NCBI GenBank assembly: GCA_964016885.1
Contig: CAXHJY010000866.1
Location: 1-64,000 of the forward strand
Reading direction: 5' to 3'
Source: Eledone cirrhosa
Lineage: Eukaryota
DNA: 64,000 nucleotides
Within the stretch, counting starts at the first letter, position 1, and every line of letters starts with the position of its first letter. A model generated the notes under the pieces. It saw nothing but the letters and a program-made list of their open reading frames with translations, was not told the DNA's origin and made no database searches. The translations under genes and the position numbers were made by a program. Below, one piece after another: positions 31,420 through 43,930 of the stretch.

Positions 31420-31783
31420 ATCATGTCTACAGAATTATTAGATAAACAAAATATATACTCCATTTCCTCTGCCAAACAGCACAATCAGCCATATAAAAAA
31501 ATCAATTATACTAAGCCATAAGGATAAAAGCTCCTATGAAGAAATCTCCGACAAATAAACGAGAGTGGCTTCTTTGCGTTTTCCACAGCAGGTTATTTAT
31601 CCAACATTTCGACAGCATGCATAAATCGACCAAGTACATAATTAACCATATGCCATTCGGTGTAAAATCAAACATAGAAGAACTGTGTACATACCGTAAC
31701 TATCTCTACCATGGTTTCATCCGTATTTTTAGATATCCTATTAATAGGAAATCCATTGAGTTCGGTTGTAACATATATAAATT

Positions 31784-31908
<125 letters not shown>

Positions 31909-32139
31909 AAATAAACACAGTAAATTGTGTGTTTAAAATTACAAGGGTCGAAAGACCATGTTGGTTTGACGAATTTAAACTATGAAACAAAACGAAAATT
32001 CAAGATAAAAAGTACTAACGGTTTCAATAACATTAATCTCCTTGACAGATTAGAGATTTAATGTTTAGACCTGAAAATTGTGTTTGTAACAGATAATCCG
32101 TAGGCATATCGTCAGCAGGAGCCAATATATATGTAGATA

Positions 32140-32500
32140 TAACAAGGAGGGTGTGGTAAGATACCAGGTGAATGATAACGCGCCAGAATACTCAATACTT
32201 ATGGTAGTAGAGTGGGTAACAGGAAAAGAGTCAGGACTCCGACGGCTGAGCACTTTCGGCCATATTTGGGACCTCCAAGACAATAATATTTTATCATCTA
32301 AGCTGGAGCCTACTTTCCAAGGCAATATCTTACTCAGGAGGACACCGTCCGTACAATTTATGCTCGGAGGAAACGATCCAGATGCTGTTTGCAACAGCCC
32401 AATTGTTAAACGAAAAGGATTAACTCGTTACCTTGTGTAAACAGAATATATAGGACATATCTTATCTTCAAACCCCCTCTCGACCCAGGAGGGTAGATCT
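32140..32500 (+). mobile_element. Family A-related fragment: inverted pLTR + decayed endonuclease C-terminus
   Basis: Minus pLTR 32140-32250 fused to (L)STFGHIWDLQDNN; ends gacccaggagggtag as in family A. Confidence 0.8.
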
Positions 32501-32876
32501 TGGCTTTATTTCCTTCTCAATTATTAACTATGATAGAGGAATCCCCAAGCATACTTAGGTAGAAATGGAATGTTTTCTTTGTTATTTACAGTTTCTAAAT
32601 ACACAAAAAATTCAGTGGAAAATGCTGGAGGGATTTTTTCAGTATAATATCAAAACATTTTTTATAAAGTGGAGATTTTCGCATTTAATCGTGGTGCCGG
32701 TTTCAGCCTTATATGCTTTTTCAACGGTGCAAGTGTAACGTGCAGTTAAGTTAAATATTTTTACGAATAATAATTAAATGGACAAGAAAAATTATTAGTT
32801 TTGCATGCATATTTACCTTCTCTAGATAAAGAGGAGGAGACATAATGTGAAATATATATAGGGTGTTTTAATTTAT

Positions 32877-32921
<45 letters not shown>

Positions 32922-33036
32922 GCGTAGAAATGTCCATGATCTCCAACAGACAACCGATGAAAGGGAAATTATCCCCCGTTCGTGTATTCTTCTTATTTAT
33001 AAATACACTTTATCCAGCAGCAACACAGCCCCTGTT

Positions 33037-33081
<45 letters not shown>

Positions 33082-33204
33082 GAGTTAAGCAATATTCAAT
33101 GAGTACATCAAAGGATGAGTTTTACAGTCGATTGGAAGCAAACTACAGAAAATAATTTTCCATTTAATTTTCCATTTAATTTTCCAAATAATTTTCCAAT
33201 AATA

Positions 33205-33330
33205 TAACCATTTAACATATCAGGGTATGTCATGTATCATTATATTTTGTCGGATGAGGACGTACTGTTGTACCTCTGAAATATGTATAATAAAATGTAA
33301 TTGATAAAAAGAACATCAACTTTAGTAATA
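33205..33330 (+). mobile_element. Solo family B pLTR fragment with mutated HHR
   Basis: Inverted homologue of 36640-36745. Core reads CGGAUGA...GAAA (33243-33297). Confidence 0.7.
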
Positions 33331-33346
33331 TTTGTATTTTAATATA

Positions 33347-33420
<74 letters not shown>

Positions 33421-33599
33421 TAATGTCATATATAACCTCCAAAAATGCACGAAGAGCAGCATCAATAACCAAAGAGCAGCTGAGGAGGAATGGTCCATTG
33501 AGAAAACATAATTCAACCCATATGGTGTACCTGCATTTATATCTGATTGTATTGTGTTCCTATATTCACTTCCTAGAGCTCGCTTCCACAGTCTAGCAG

Positions 33600-34035
33600 T
33601 TCTTTTTTGTCGGACATGGTTGTTACCGTTGTATGCTCTGATTGACTTTTTCAAATTTCATTTGAAAAGGAAAATCAGAGTAGAGAGGGAAGTGCTCTCT
33701 TCCCAGCATTTTGTTGAAAGATGGGTGAGAGAAGCAAGAATGGCCCGAGTGAATGGGCCTACTCTGAGTATATATCTGTAAATTAAAGGTGGAAAACTGG
33801 GAGAGCGCACTTGCCTTGGTGGTCAGGGTCATTGTGGCTTTTTACTGGGCTTTCTCCACAAATGTCCCTCCGAAGTCTCCCCCCTATTGGGGAATTTTTC
33901 ATTGTTATTTTTTGTTACACCCTCTGTTTTTTTTTTGTTTTTTTACACGCAGAAATGCCCATTTGTACCGTCCTGTATTGTCCTGCACTGTCCTTAAAGT
34001 CTACTTTATGTAAACCCTTGTGGTTAATAAAGAAT
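33600..34035 (+). mobile_element. L1/Tx1-like LINE 3' end
   Basis: LIDFFKFHLKRKIRVEREVLSSQHFVERW..stop, then a pyrimidine-rich UTR ending in AATAAA (34025-34030). Resemblance to an L1/Tx1 ORF2 C-terminus is from memory only. Confidence 0.45.
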
Positions 34036-34052
34036 TCATTATTAATACCAAT

Positions 34053-34414
34053 CCTAGGGTGGTGGATTGGCAGTATCGGTAGAGGGTCGGACGCCATGCT
34101 AGGGTGGTGGATTGACAGTATCGGTAGAGGGTCGGACGCCATGCTAGGGTGGTGGATTGACAGTATCGGTAGAGGGTCGGACGCCATGCTAGGGTGGTGG
34201 ATTGACAGTATCGGTAGAGGGTCGGACGCCATGCTAGGGTGGTGGATTGGCAGTATCGGTAGAGGGTCGGACGCCATGCTAGGGTGGTGGATTGACAGTA
34301 TCGGTAGAGGGTCGGACGCCATGCTAGGGTGGTGGATTGACAGTATCGGTAGAGGGTCGGACGCCATGCTAGGGTGGTGGATTGGCAGTATCGGTAGAGG
34401 GTCGGATGCCATGC
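34053..34414 (+). repeat. 45-bp tandem array (x8) of the SINE 5' head
   Basis: ctagggtggtggattgRcagtatcggtagagggtcggacgccatg repeated; the last unit runs into a full SINE. Confidence 0.92.
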
Positions 34415-34770
34415 TTTGCAGCATAGAGTTGCGGCCATTTCCATTCTGAGTTCAAATCCCGCCGAGGTTAACTTTGCCTTTCATCCTTACGGGGTCGGTA
34501 AAATAAAGTACCAGTAATACACTGATAATTGTTGGCCTTGTGCCAAAAGTAGAAACAATTATTAATACCAATCTAGGGTTGTGGATTTGCAGTATAGAGT
34601 TACGGCCCTTTACGTACTGAGTTCGAATGCTACCGAGGTTAACTTTGCCTTTCATCCTTACGGGGTCGATAAAATAAAGTACCGATCACGCACTGGGATC
34701 GATTTAATCGACATTCTCCTTCCTTAAAAATTGCTGGTCTTGTGCCTAAATAAGAAACAATTATTAATAC
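34370..34770 (+). mobile_element. Two tandem tRNA-derived SINEs
   Basis: A box tggcagtatcgg, B box gagttcaaatcc, and core ctttgcctttcatccttacggggtcg occurring twice. Confidence 0.85.
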
Positions 34771-34814
34771 CAATCTAGTTACAACTATTATGGTTAATTA
34801 TTATTCTGCACTGA

Positions 34815-35160
34815 GATTATTGCTGGCCTTGTGCCATAGAGTGGAAGTGATGATTGCCATGATAATTATGTTAGTATTGTTATTATAAAGTACCAGTAAT
34901 ACACGGTGATTATTGCTGGCCTTGTGCCATAGGGTGGAAGTGATGTTTGTCAAGATTATTATGTTAGTATTGTTATTATAAAGTACCAGTAATACACGGT
35001 GATTATTGCTGGCCATGTGCCATAGGGTGGAAGTGATGATTGTCATGGTAATTATGTTAGTACTGTTATTATAAAGTACCAGTAATACACTGGGATTATT
35101 GCTGGCCATGTGCCACAGGGTGGAAGTGATGATTGTCATGATAATTATGTTAGTACTGTT
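34815..35160 (+). repeat. ~93-bp tandem array (about 4 units) built on the SINE 3' part
   Basis: aagtaccagtaatacac..attgctggcc(t/a)tgtgcca..gtggaagtgatg repeated. Confidence 0.85.
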
Positions 35161-35162
35161 AA

Positions 35163-35325
35163 TAATTGTTTCTATTTTAAGCACAATGCCAGCAATTAGC
35201 CAGTACATTACTGGTACTTTATTTTATCGACCCCGTAAGGATGAAAGGCAAAGTTAACCTCGGCGGGATTTGAACTCAGATCATAAAGGGATGTAACTCT
35301 ATGCTTCAAAGCATGGTGTCCGACT
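35163..35325 (-). mobile_element. tRNA-derived SINE
   Basis: Reverse-complement core and B box. Confidence 0.8.
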
Positions 35326-36269
35326 GTTAATAATGTAAGAATATATTTACAGCGACCCCCCACCACCAGGCCTTTTTGTTGCCGTCGTCGCCGTGGTGGG
35401 TTCATTACTGGTGTTGTTGTTAGTGTTGCCGCTGTCTGGCTCTCAGGGTGGGGGTACTCGCTGGCATTCACTAGGTACTAATATCAACTACTGCAACGAC
35501 CAGAGTGGGTGATGGGGCAGTGTTGCTGATGTTCTCGTTGTCGTCGCTATTGACTTGAATATAGCTGTGATGTAGTGTGTATATCGCCCTACCTCAGAGT
35601 TCCCTTTATTGCTGTTGTTGTCGTCTGTTGTTATTCTTGTTGTTGTTATTGTTGTTGCTGTTAGCTGGGTATTACCATCACTGCGTTTACAACGCCCAAT
35701 GTAGGCGATGTTGGTCGCTATTTGCTGTTGTTGTTGTAGCTGTTGTCTTGAATGTGGCTGTCATCAAAATATATACCTCCACCCTCCCTCAGAGTTCCAT
35801 TTATTACTTCTACTATCTACTGGACTCTGGCCACGCATAGACTATCGTTTGATATAGATCAACACAACGTACTTGAGGGGTGACGCTTTTGTAGATTTAC
35901 GACCCTAATTCCTTGGAGATGCGTGAATCCCGATTTCGTTAATTGACACATGGATAGCACCATATTCCAGTAAACACGACGGCTGGGAGACACTTTCAGG
36001 AACTCATATGTCTGCTGAACCCACGAGCAGAAGGACGTGTTTTTTTCCTGCTAGCGGCATATCACAAAATCGAATTTCGTCTGAGGATACCGTTCTCATA
36101 ACAAATGCATGAATTACATTTTAATTGCATGGGAGAACCGTTGAAATAATTATAATAATTATAAAACGATTTATGTAACATCAGCATCAATATTATCAAT
36201 ATTATTATTATTATCAATATTATTATTATTTATCAAAATTATTATTATTATATCCCACCCAAGGGCGAG

Positions 36270-36595
36270 CGTTTGGCAGTACCGGTAAAGCTTCATACAC
36301 CCTGCTTTTGCAGTATAGAGTTATATCCCTTTATGCTCTGAGTTCAAATTCCGCCCAGGTTAACTTTGCCTTTCTTCGTTAAGGGAACGATAAAATAATG
36401 TACCAGTCACGCATTGAGGTCGATTTAATCGACTTTCCCCTCTCCCAAATTTGCTGACCTTGTGCCTATATAAGAAACCATTATTATATCACGCCGAGGT
36501 TAACTTTGCCTTTCATCCTGACGAGGTCGATAAAATAAAGTACCAGTAACAAACTTGGGTAATTGGTGGCTTTGTACCGAAAGTAGAAACAATTA
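36270..36595 (+). mobile_element. One full and one truncated SINE
   Basis: tggcagtaccggt..gagttcaaatt..ctttgcctttc; second core at 36492-36595. Confidence 0.75.
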
Positions 36596-36629
36596 TATGA
36601 TATATATATATATATATATTATATATAAA

Positions 36630-39600
36630 AATATAAATATTAATAAAATAGATGTTCTTTTGATCAATTACATTTTACTATACATATTTCGGATGTACAA
36701 CAGTACGTCCTCATCAGACAAAATATAATGAGATGTTAAATGGTTAAGATTTAATCAAGGTAGTGATTAACCCAAGAGAAAACTTTACATATATAGCCTA
36801 ATTATGTGAAAATGCGAAAACGCAATAAATTCATTAGAGAATGTGTGAGTAAGAAAAACGTTGCTTACTGTAACTGTTCTAGAGATTTTAAAATGTATGA
36901 TACTACGATATATCTAGGAAAACATCTCATGAATCATAACAGCCAGTGATAGCCACTCGAAAAGGATTTATAAAGAGGGAAGGGTAAAGGGGGGGGGGGG
37001 GGTGATATATGCAGAAGGAGATGTTTTCCGAAAGTTAAACGGTTAAATTTGAAAATATTTAATTTACAATTTATAATATTAGGGTGAAGACTCCAGACTG
37101 GTTATTTATATATTATTTTTATAGATTCGATAAGTGTGTTATCATTTCTAAGCTTCTGAATTTTGTGAGGGTAACATTTAAAGGATTTATCTGGCACATA
37201 AAGAATGAAATATTATACTGTTGATTATTTAGCCAAATTTAAACTTTAACAAATATACCAACATATTAGGTATGTAAAGATTTTGAATTACTTATTGTTA
37301 TAAATATTTAAATAACGATTATGTATATAGGTATATATTAATGAGCCAGTAAATTTTAGGTAAATAATAACGACGAAGATAAAAATAAAATAAGATAATA
37401 GATTGAGGCATGTTAAGGTTAAATATACACCTATGTATAACAGGGTGTAAATGTATTAATTATTCTTTAACCAATATATCAACATATTAGGTATGTAAAG
37501 CTTCTGAAGTATTTATTGTGAGAAATATTTAAATAACGATTATGTATATAGATACATATTATTGATCCAGTATATTTTAGGTAAATGATAACGAAAAATA
37601 AAAATAAATTGAGGCATGTTATGGCTAAATAAACACCTATATATAACGGGGTGAAAATGCATTAATTTCTTTTAGTTCAGAGTGTACGTAATCAAGAAAT
37701 TTAGAAGTTAAGTAAAAATTGTGTATAGGAAGGTATAGGGAGGTATATATATAGATATATATTATGTATTAGTAGTGTAGTATACTTTAGGTAAATGATA
37801 AGTTATAATTTTATAAAGTAGAGTTCAACGTGTTACATTTAAATACATATATATATAAGAAAAACAATAATGAGTGCATGGATAATTCAGAGTTCAAAAT
37901 AATGCCTATAATAATTTTTAGTTTGGATATTTTCTCTATATTTGAATCATATATATAGAAATGTGGTAGGTATATTTAAACATATTTAAAAATATATAAA
38001 ATATAATATATAACTACATACATATTATAATACATTATATTATAAATAAGAGATCAAAAGTGCAGCAAAAATTCACATTTATATATGTTTGAATCTGTCT
38101 TAAATTTTAGATTTTAAAATGCAGTTAATATATTAAAAAATATATATATATATACTATATTATATTATACTAAAAATAAGAGATCAAAAACTCATTAAAA
38201 ATTCACAGTAATAGATAATTTCTATAAAAATGTATGGATTGGGTATTAAACTAAAATTTAAAAGAGATCAAAAATGCATTAGAAATTCACATTTGTAGAT
38301 AAGTTCGTAAATATGTAAGGATTGGGTATTAGACTAAATTAAAAGCATAGATAGGAAGATAGATAGAGAAACAAAGAAATGATGGTATTGATCAAAGTTA
38401 ATAAAATAATGTTATGTGTATCAATGTTCCGGCATGTTATTGAACAAGTGTCATTCATTCGAGCGTGATTTCTTCTATAGATATCTATAATATAAAGCAA
38501 TATTAAAGGCCATTAATGTTTTTCACTGTTGATTATATATTCCTGGTAACTAAGTTCTCGTTTTATGGGAGGCTAAAAAAGTGGGCGTATCTTTATGGAG
38601 GCAACTAGAGAATAATTCACTTTTTTGTTAATTAGGGTCTCATAGTTATTAATAATCAACAGGGTCTCCATTGTACAGAGCGGGCAGTTACTTGATATAC
38701 TAGAGTTGCGGTTAATTCCACAGTTCCGAAGTTTTGTCCAAAGAATTGAGTATTTTAAATTCTTCTCTTTTAATGACCATATGAGCTGTGATAAAGACAT
38801 GGATTATTTCTTCTTAGAGTTCGAGAATGAGCATTTATGGTTCGCGAAACGGGCTTTGAATGTGGAAGAGGTCGAACCTATGTAGTTGTATGTTTGTGAT
38901 CAGTTTTTACGGTACATTTATAAACCAAATTACTATCTAAACAATTATTTTGCAAAGGGTAATTAGTTTTATTTCTACAATCCCATTTTGGTTTAGTATC
39001 ATGTATGTTAACTCTATTATTAGGATCATTATGCTGGTTTGGTTTTAGGATTTTAGTGTTTAATTTGGCAATGTTTTGGGCCATGTTACTGGTTGTAGAA
39101 TGTGAGAATTTAATGGTGTGTCTATTAAAAATGTAATGGTATTTATGTTGAGTAGGGAAAGAGGTGTCCAGAGCTTTAAAGAATACTTTTGCAATTGGTG
39201 TTTTAACTGCAACAGAAGCAGGGGGGGGGGGGGGGCAAACCATATGACTGATTTAGATCTAGTTCGTGTTCTCAATTTATTTGGCGTATGGGTGTTTGAA
39301 TTATAATTATTAGATTTTCTCTTATACATGTTATTATTTTTATTATTATTATTAGGAATAATACTTGGATTATTATTATCTACATATTCTATATTATTCA
39401 TATATCCTGCTCTTTTTAACGCGTTGTTGTAGTATTCAGCGTTTTTATCAAATATATCTTTATTAGCTGATATTTTATTAATACGTTTTTGCACACTATT
39501 TACTATAGCTTTTTTTACAGATCTAGGGTGATTTGAATAGTTACTAACATAATTTAAGTTTTCATTAGGCTTATGAAAAGGGTAATAGAAGCCGGTGTTT

Positions 39601-40357
39601 AAGTTAAAGGTAACGTCAAGGAAATTAACTATTTTGGTATCATTTTCTACTTCTAATTTAAGGTCGTACGTTTTAAAGAATTCTTTTATACTCTTCTTAA
39701 CTCTATTTAGTTCTATATTGTTGTGTTTGACCACCGTAAATAAAATGTCGTCCTTATATAAACCACCGGTAATCTCCGGCAGTTTTCTATTTATCATGTT
39801 TAATATGAAAATCCCCAGAAGATCTGTGATTTGCGCGGAATCAGATGCCCCCATAGTGACATCAAAGTTTCTATCTCTATCTGAGCGTGTCCAATATTCG
39901 TTATTGAAGTTAATATGAGTTCTTCTGGCTGTTAATATTATATCTATTTCATCCGTGGTTAGATCAGTATGCTTATGAAAAGCCTTATTTAGAAACTTAG
40001 GTCTTATGGAAGAATAGTAGCTAGTAATGTCCATCTGGATGAATTTATAGTTTTTATTATCTTCAATATTCGTGTACCATTCAATGACCTCGTTTTTATC
40101 TTTTCATAAGCTCAAACTAGATCTCAATTTAAGAGTGGGTTATATTCTATCTATGATGTTTTTACTGATTATTCCTATATCCGATTTCGATGGAGCAATC
40201 AGTCTAACTGGCATCTCTTCCTTAAAGTTTCTTTTCTTATCCTTCAGGTTAATCCTCGGCTGTCTAGGTAAGAATGGCTCAGTTCTTCCTTGTATTCCTA
40301 AATTGGTAATTAATTTGTAGGCTTCTTCATTAATTTCAGTAAGATCCTCAGCCGGGG
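36630..40357 (-). mobile_element. PLE family B, 5'-truncated, long AT-rich 3' UTR
   Basis: Frameshifted ORF ~40350-38540 (MDITSYYS, MGASDSAQI, GGLYKDD, VYKCTV, CPLCTME). About 1.8 kb of UTR with a ~220-bp duplication at 37248/37469. pLTR with HHR. Confidence 0.88.
36671..36725 (-). ncRNA. Minimal hammerhead ribozyme (family B pLTR)
   Basis: UAUUUUGU-CUGAUGA-GGAcGUAC uguu GUACaUCC-GAAA-UauguA-UA^GUAAAAUG. Confidence 0.78.
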
Positions 40358-40724
40358 CTGACAAAGGAACGATGTACTAGTTTCAAGCTTATTAGCTGTC
40401 GTCAGCATCGTATACCTTCCTGCCAGATGTTTGAACATCTGAAAATGTATACTTTCCGCATGCATATTAACGGGTGAGCATCCTAATTTGCATACGTAAT
40501 TAGGGCTGTTTGGTTGTTTACAAACGAACAAACCGAACATTATAATAAATGTTCGGTAAACCCATACGTATATATATGCATGTATATATATATATATATA
40601 TATATACATACATACTACTGTACGTCTGTATACATATATGTATGTACGTATATATACATACTTACATTTAAGTATCAGCCGTACTAAAAGTGAGAAATGA
40701 AATTTCGTTTCATTCTTTTCCATT
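40358..40724. mobile_element. Retrozyme-like family copy with internal inversion and intact HHR
   Basis: HHR at 40370-40410 (-): CGAUG-CUGACGA-cAGCU aaua AGCUu-GAAA-CUAG-UA^CAUCG. Orientation flips near 40495. Homologous to the 10126 array. Confidence 0.85.
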
Positions 40725-40737
40725 TATATATATATAT

Positions 40738-40940
40738 ATAGTGGTGGAACACTGGAAGGTAATATCCGTAGTGGTAGAGCACTCAGTCCATGGCACGAGT
40801 TAGATAGAAGTGGTTACACAACAGTTAGTTCACGATACCGAGAACAATTGTTTCACCTTAGCGGATTCCGAGCTAAGGATCCGCTAAGGTGAAACAATTG
40901 TTCTCGGTATGGTGAACTAACTGTTGTGTAACCACTTCTA
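40738..40940. mobile_element. pLTR-like fragment of another family forming an ~62-bp inverted repeat
   Basis: tagaagtggttacac...ccttagcggat / atccgctaagg...gtgtaaccacttcta. Contains the HHR-like 3' half GAAACAAUUGUU. Confidence 0.6.
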
Positions 40941-41010
40941 TATATATATATATATATATAAAGAATGAATAATAACAGGTAGACATCATAAAAAGGTAGT
41001 TTATTCCGTG

Positions 41011-41122
41011 TGCTTACAAGTGTTTCCACGGTGGTTCTGCAGCCTAGTTCCGCTACGTGCAAATTCACAAGTATTTGCAGAACTCGAATATCCAATGCTG
41101 TGACCACTGTTTCCTCAGAGCA
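41011..41122 (-). ncRNA. Hammerhead ribozyme with ~85-nt stem II (family D 3' pLTR)
   Basis: UGCU-CUGAGGA-[85 nt]-GAAA-CAcuUG-UA^AGCA, with AATAAA 9 nt after the cleavage site. Confidence 0.75.
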
Positions 41123-41615
41123 GAATGGTAAATATACAATGTAAAAACCCTTAAGTGGGGTTGTTGGGGAAGATAGAGTGGAACAGGAAGAGAGAAAAGT
41201 AGGGAAGATTGAGAGAGAAGGAAAGATATGCAGGGGTTGGAGAAGTAGGAGAGAGTGGCTTGTAGATATCTTAATCAAAATGTTATGGTAGGGGTTTTAT
41301 TAGTTACTTTTGGAGAGATGCGTAGATAGTTGAGGTCGGAATTATTTATTGCCCCAGAGGTCAAGTTCATAGATGTTGAGAGGGAGGTAGGTCAAAGGTG
41401 AGAGAGATAGAGTGTAATGGATGTAGAGAGAGATATATAGGTAGAGAGGGGACAGATAAAGTATATGTGGTGAGTGAACTTTTGGTTTTGTAGTAGTAAT
41501 CTAGGAATTGTACTGAGTTACCATGTATAGTGATAAGCAGTGTATTGTCTTGTAGTGTGGGGGAGAAGAGAAAGTTGTTAGCTAGAAAGTGGTGTTGTAG
41601 TTACGGGTTCGAATG

Positions 41616-42668
41616 TTAAGTTATTTTATAGTGAGAGAATTTAGCTTTTAGTTTGTGGTTGCAGTATAATGATCGTTCAATTCTATCGTTAAGTAGTTTG
41701 TTTTGGGATTTTAGTATGTAAAATAGCTCAAGGTTACATAACCTGCAGTACTTCAAACCACTCCGATATGCATTTGCGCTGGAAAGTATATCCCATTTTA
41801 AGGTGAACTGTTGGTTGTGTTCACGGAGTTGCCAGGTCTTGTTGGCGAGCGTGGTCACAAAACGGTGATTCTGATGTTTGATTGAGAATCGATGACGGTA
41901 CCAGCGAGATTTAAACGATGTGGTGGTAGATCCGATATAATACCATTTCTGGTCGTCCGATTCAACCGTGCATTGGTAAACAATGTTGGACTTTAGGCAT
42001 TCATTCTGCAATGGACATCTTTCAGGTAGATGGCAGTTACATGCTTTGTTGTGGGTGGCGGGTATACCATGGATAGGTTGTGATAGCGGTACAGGTGGGT
42101 TGTGCAATACCCGTCTCCCATTTAGTGGTTGGGAGGCAGATATTGCGTTCTGCCCATCTGTTACTAAAATGTTTTGTTTTGTAGAGTTGTTTAATTGCCT
42201 TAAGTTAAGTTTTTTTATGTATGCTTCAAGGTTTGGTGCCGTGGAGTATGATAGTCTAATAGTTTTGGAGTTCAGAATTTTGCTGTACTTATGGGAACTA
42301 GGGAAGTGTTTATTGATTAATTTAAAGAATGAAAGAGATAGTTTTGTACTAATCGAGGCATTAAAAATAGGATTATACCAGATATACTTTCTACAACGTG
42401 ATTTATTTGGTGGTGAACTTCTATTATTAGTATGTCTGGTAGTATAGTGTGTGTGTGCTTGTGTTTTAGTCCCCCGGTTACGTATACCTTGATTACGTGT
42501 AGAGCTATGTGTGTTGTGGAAATTACTATCGATGTATTCTATTGTATCCCGGTGGTCAGCATTCCTTAATGCATTATTGTAGTATTCAGCATGTTCGCTA
42601 AAAATATCAGAGTTAGACGATAGGCGAGAGATTCTAAGAGAAATACTCCGGGGAACTGATTTGATCAT
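41616..42668 (-). CDS. PLE family D thumb + GIY-YIG (continuation after frameshift)
   Basis: ISLRISRLS, CNC..CPL..C, IVYQC..YYIGST..FKSR..H, CRLC..E. Confidence 0.88.
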   Translation of the reverse strand: MIKSVPRSISLRISRLSSNSDIFSEHAEYYNNALRNADHRDTIEYIDSNFHNTHSSTRNQGIRNRGTKTQAHTHYTTRHTNNRSSPPNKSRCRKYIWYNPIFNASISTKLSLSFFKLINKHFPSSHKYSKILNSKTIRLSYSTAPNLEAYIKKLNLRQLNNSTKQNILVTDGQNAISASQPLNGRRVLHNPPVPLSQPIHGIPATHNKACNCHLPERCPLQNECLKSNIVYQCTVESDDQKWYYIGSTTTSFKSRWYRHRFSIKHQNHRFVTTLANKTWQLREHNQQFTLKWDILSSANAYRSGLKYCRLCNLELFYILKSQNKLLNDRIERSLYCNHKLKAKFSHYKIT

Positions 42669-43930
42669 GGAGAGTTAAAGTCAATATACGTAAGGTTCTC
42701 ATTTACCTTGTGGAAGGGTCGTATCTGTCCGGTATTTAAATTAAGAGTTACGTCCAGAAAGTTTACTACCTTAAGATTGTATTCGTATGTTATTTTTAGG
42801 CCCAGTTCACTGAAAGATTTTCTAATATTTTTCCGTAGCCTTTCAAGATTTTGGTTATTCAAGTTATTAACTAATAAGAGCCCGTCATCTCTATATATCC
42901 CCCCCTGTAGATTACTAAATCTACTATGTAATATGTGGGCTATGTAAATTCCCACGAGATCCGTGACCTCCGCCGAGTCGTTGGAACCCATGGTAATATC
43001 GAAATTTGTGGGTCTGTCCTTACGTTCCCAGTAGCAGTTATCGAACTTAATAATGGTTTTTCTAGCCTCGAGAATAATATTAATTTCGTCCTCCGTTAGG
43101 TCGGAATTGGCCTTAGCAAACGATAGGGCCTTACGTAAAGTGCTTGGTGAGATGGAAGAGTAGTATTCGTCTATGTCAAATTGTATAAACTTAGATTTAT
43201 TCTTATTCTTAACATTATTAAACCAGCGAATTGCTTCGCTAGTGTTGCCCCATAATTTAATTTCAATTTTCTTTTTCACTTGAGTTATTACTCTGTCAAG
43301 TATATGTTTACTAATATTCCCTATGTCTGATTTAGAAGGGCATATAAGTCTAATCTTAGGGTTAGAGTCAAAATTTACCTTATGGTCCTTCAGGTTGAAG
43401 GTGGGGGTAGCGGGTATAATCGGCTCGGTTCTATCGTCTATCTTGAGATTCTTTACCACTTTGTATGCCTCGTTGTTAATATTTGCTAGCGTAGTTTCAT
43501 TTGTTTTTCTATATTTTTTGTGTAGTTCGTTGCGTATGAAGTTATTATACGTATCGATATCCATGGTATACACGTTAGAAGTCTTGTCAGCTTTCACAAC
43601 AATTCCATTGGTATTTTGCAATCTTCGGAGTAGTGCTTTCATGTTGTTCTGCAGCTCATTATTTCTATGTCTGTTGAACTTAATGTTCATGGTAGTTTTC
43701 AATAAGTCCTGTTCGAAAGCTTCGAGGTGAGGGTTTGTAGGTGGGTTTTTACATGATTTAAAACCATATAATTCAGACGAGTGATTGGCGCGTCCTTTAT
43801 CGAAGTGGAAAGCTTTCCATCGTACACGCCGAATGAAGTCGTTACTGCGTTGAATCATACTGAGAATATATTCCCTTTTGTTAGGTATAGGTATGTTTTT
43901 AAGTGACATACCTATATGATGCCTTTCCAT
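42665..43930 (-). CDS. PLE family D N-terminus + RT
   Basis: SLKNIPIP..FIRRVRWKA, KADKT, QFDIDEYY, MGSNDSAEV, YRDD, FLDV. The frame breaks at the FNS(NHP) motif. Confidence 0.9.
   Translation of the reverse strand: MERHHIGMSLKNIPIPNKREYILSMIQRSNDFIRRVRWKAFHFDKGRANHSSELYGFKSCKNPPTNPHLEAFEQDLLKTTMNIKFNRHRNNELQNNMKALLRRLQNTNGIVVKADKTSNVYTMDIDTYNNFIRNELHKKYRKTNETTLANINNEAYKVVKNLKIDDRTEPIIPATPTFNLKDHKVNFDSNPKIRLICPSKSDIGNISKHILDRVITQVKKKIEIKLWGNTSEAIRWFNNVKNKNKSKFIQFDIDEYYSSISPSTLRKALSFAKANSDLTEDEINIILEARKTIIKFDNCYWERKDRPTNFDITMGSNDSAEVTDLVGIYIAHILHSRFSNLQGGIYRDDGLLLVNNLNNQNLERLRKNIRKSFSELGLKITYEYNLKVVNFLDVTLNLNTGQIRPFHKVNENLTYIDFNSP

Noticed and set aside
33811-34449. 212-aa repetitive ORF (MLGWWIDSIGRGSDA)n
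   Set aside because: By-product of the 45-bp SINE-head array.
34380-34465. tRNA gene
   Set aside because: A and B boxes are present, but there is no cloverleaf and the sequence continues into the multi-copy SINE core.
42660-42675. Programmed frameshift in family D
   Set aside because: Conserved SNHP residues are missing, which indicates a deletion; no slippery site is evident.
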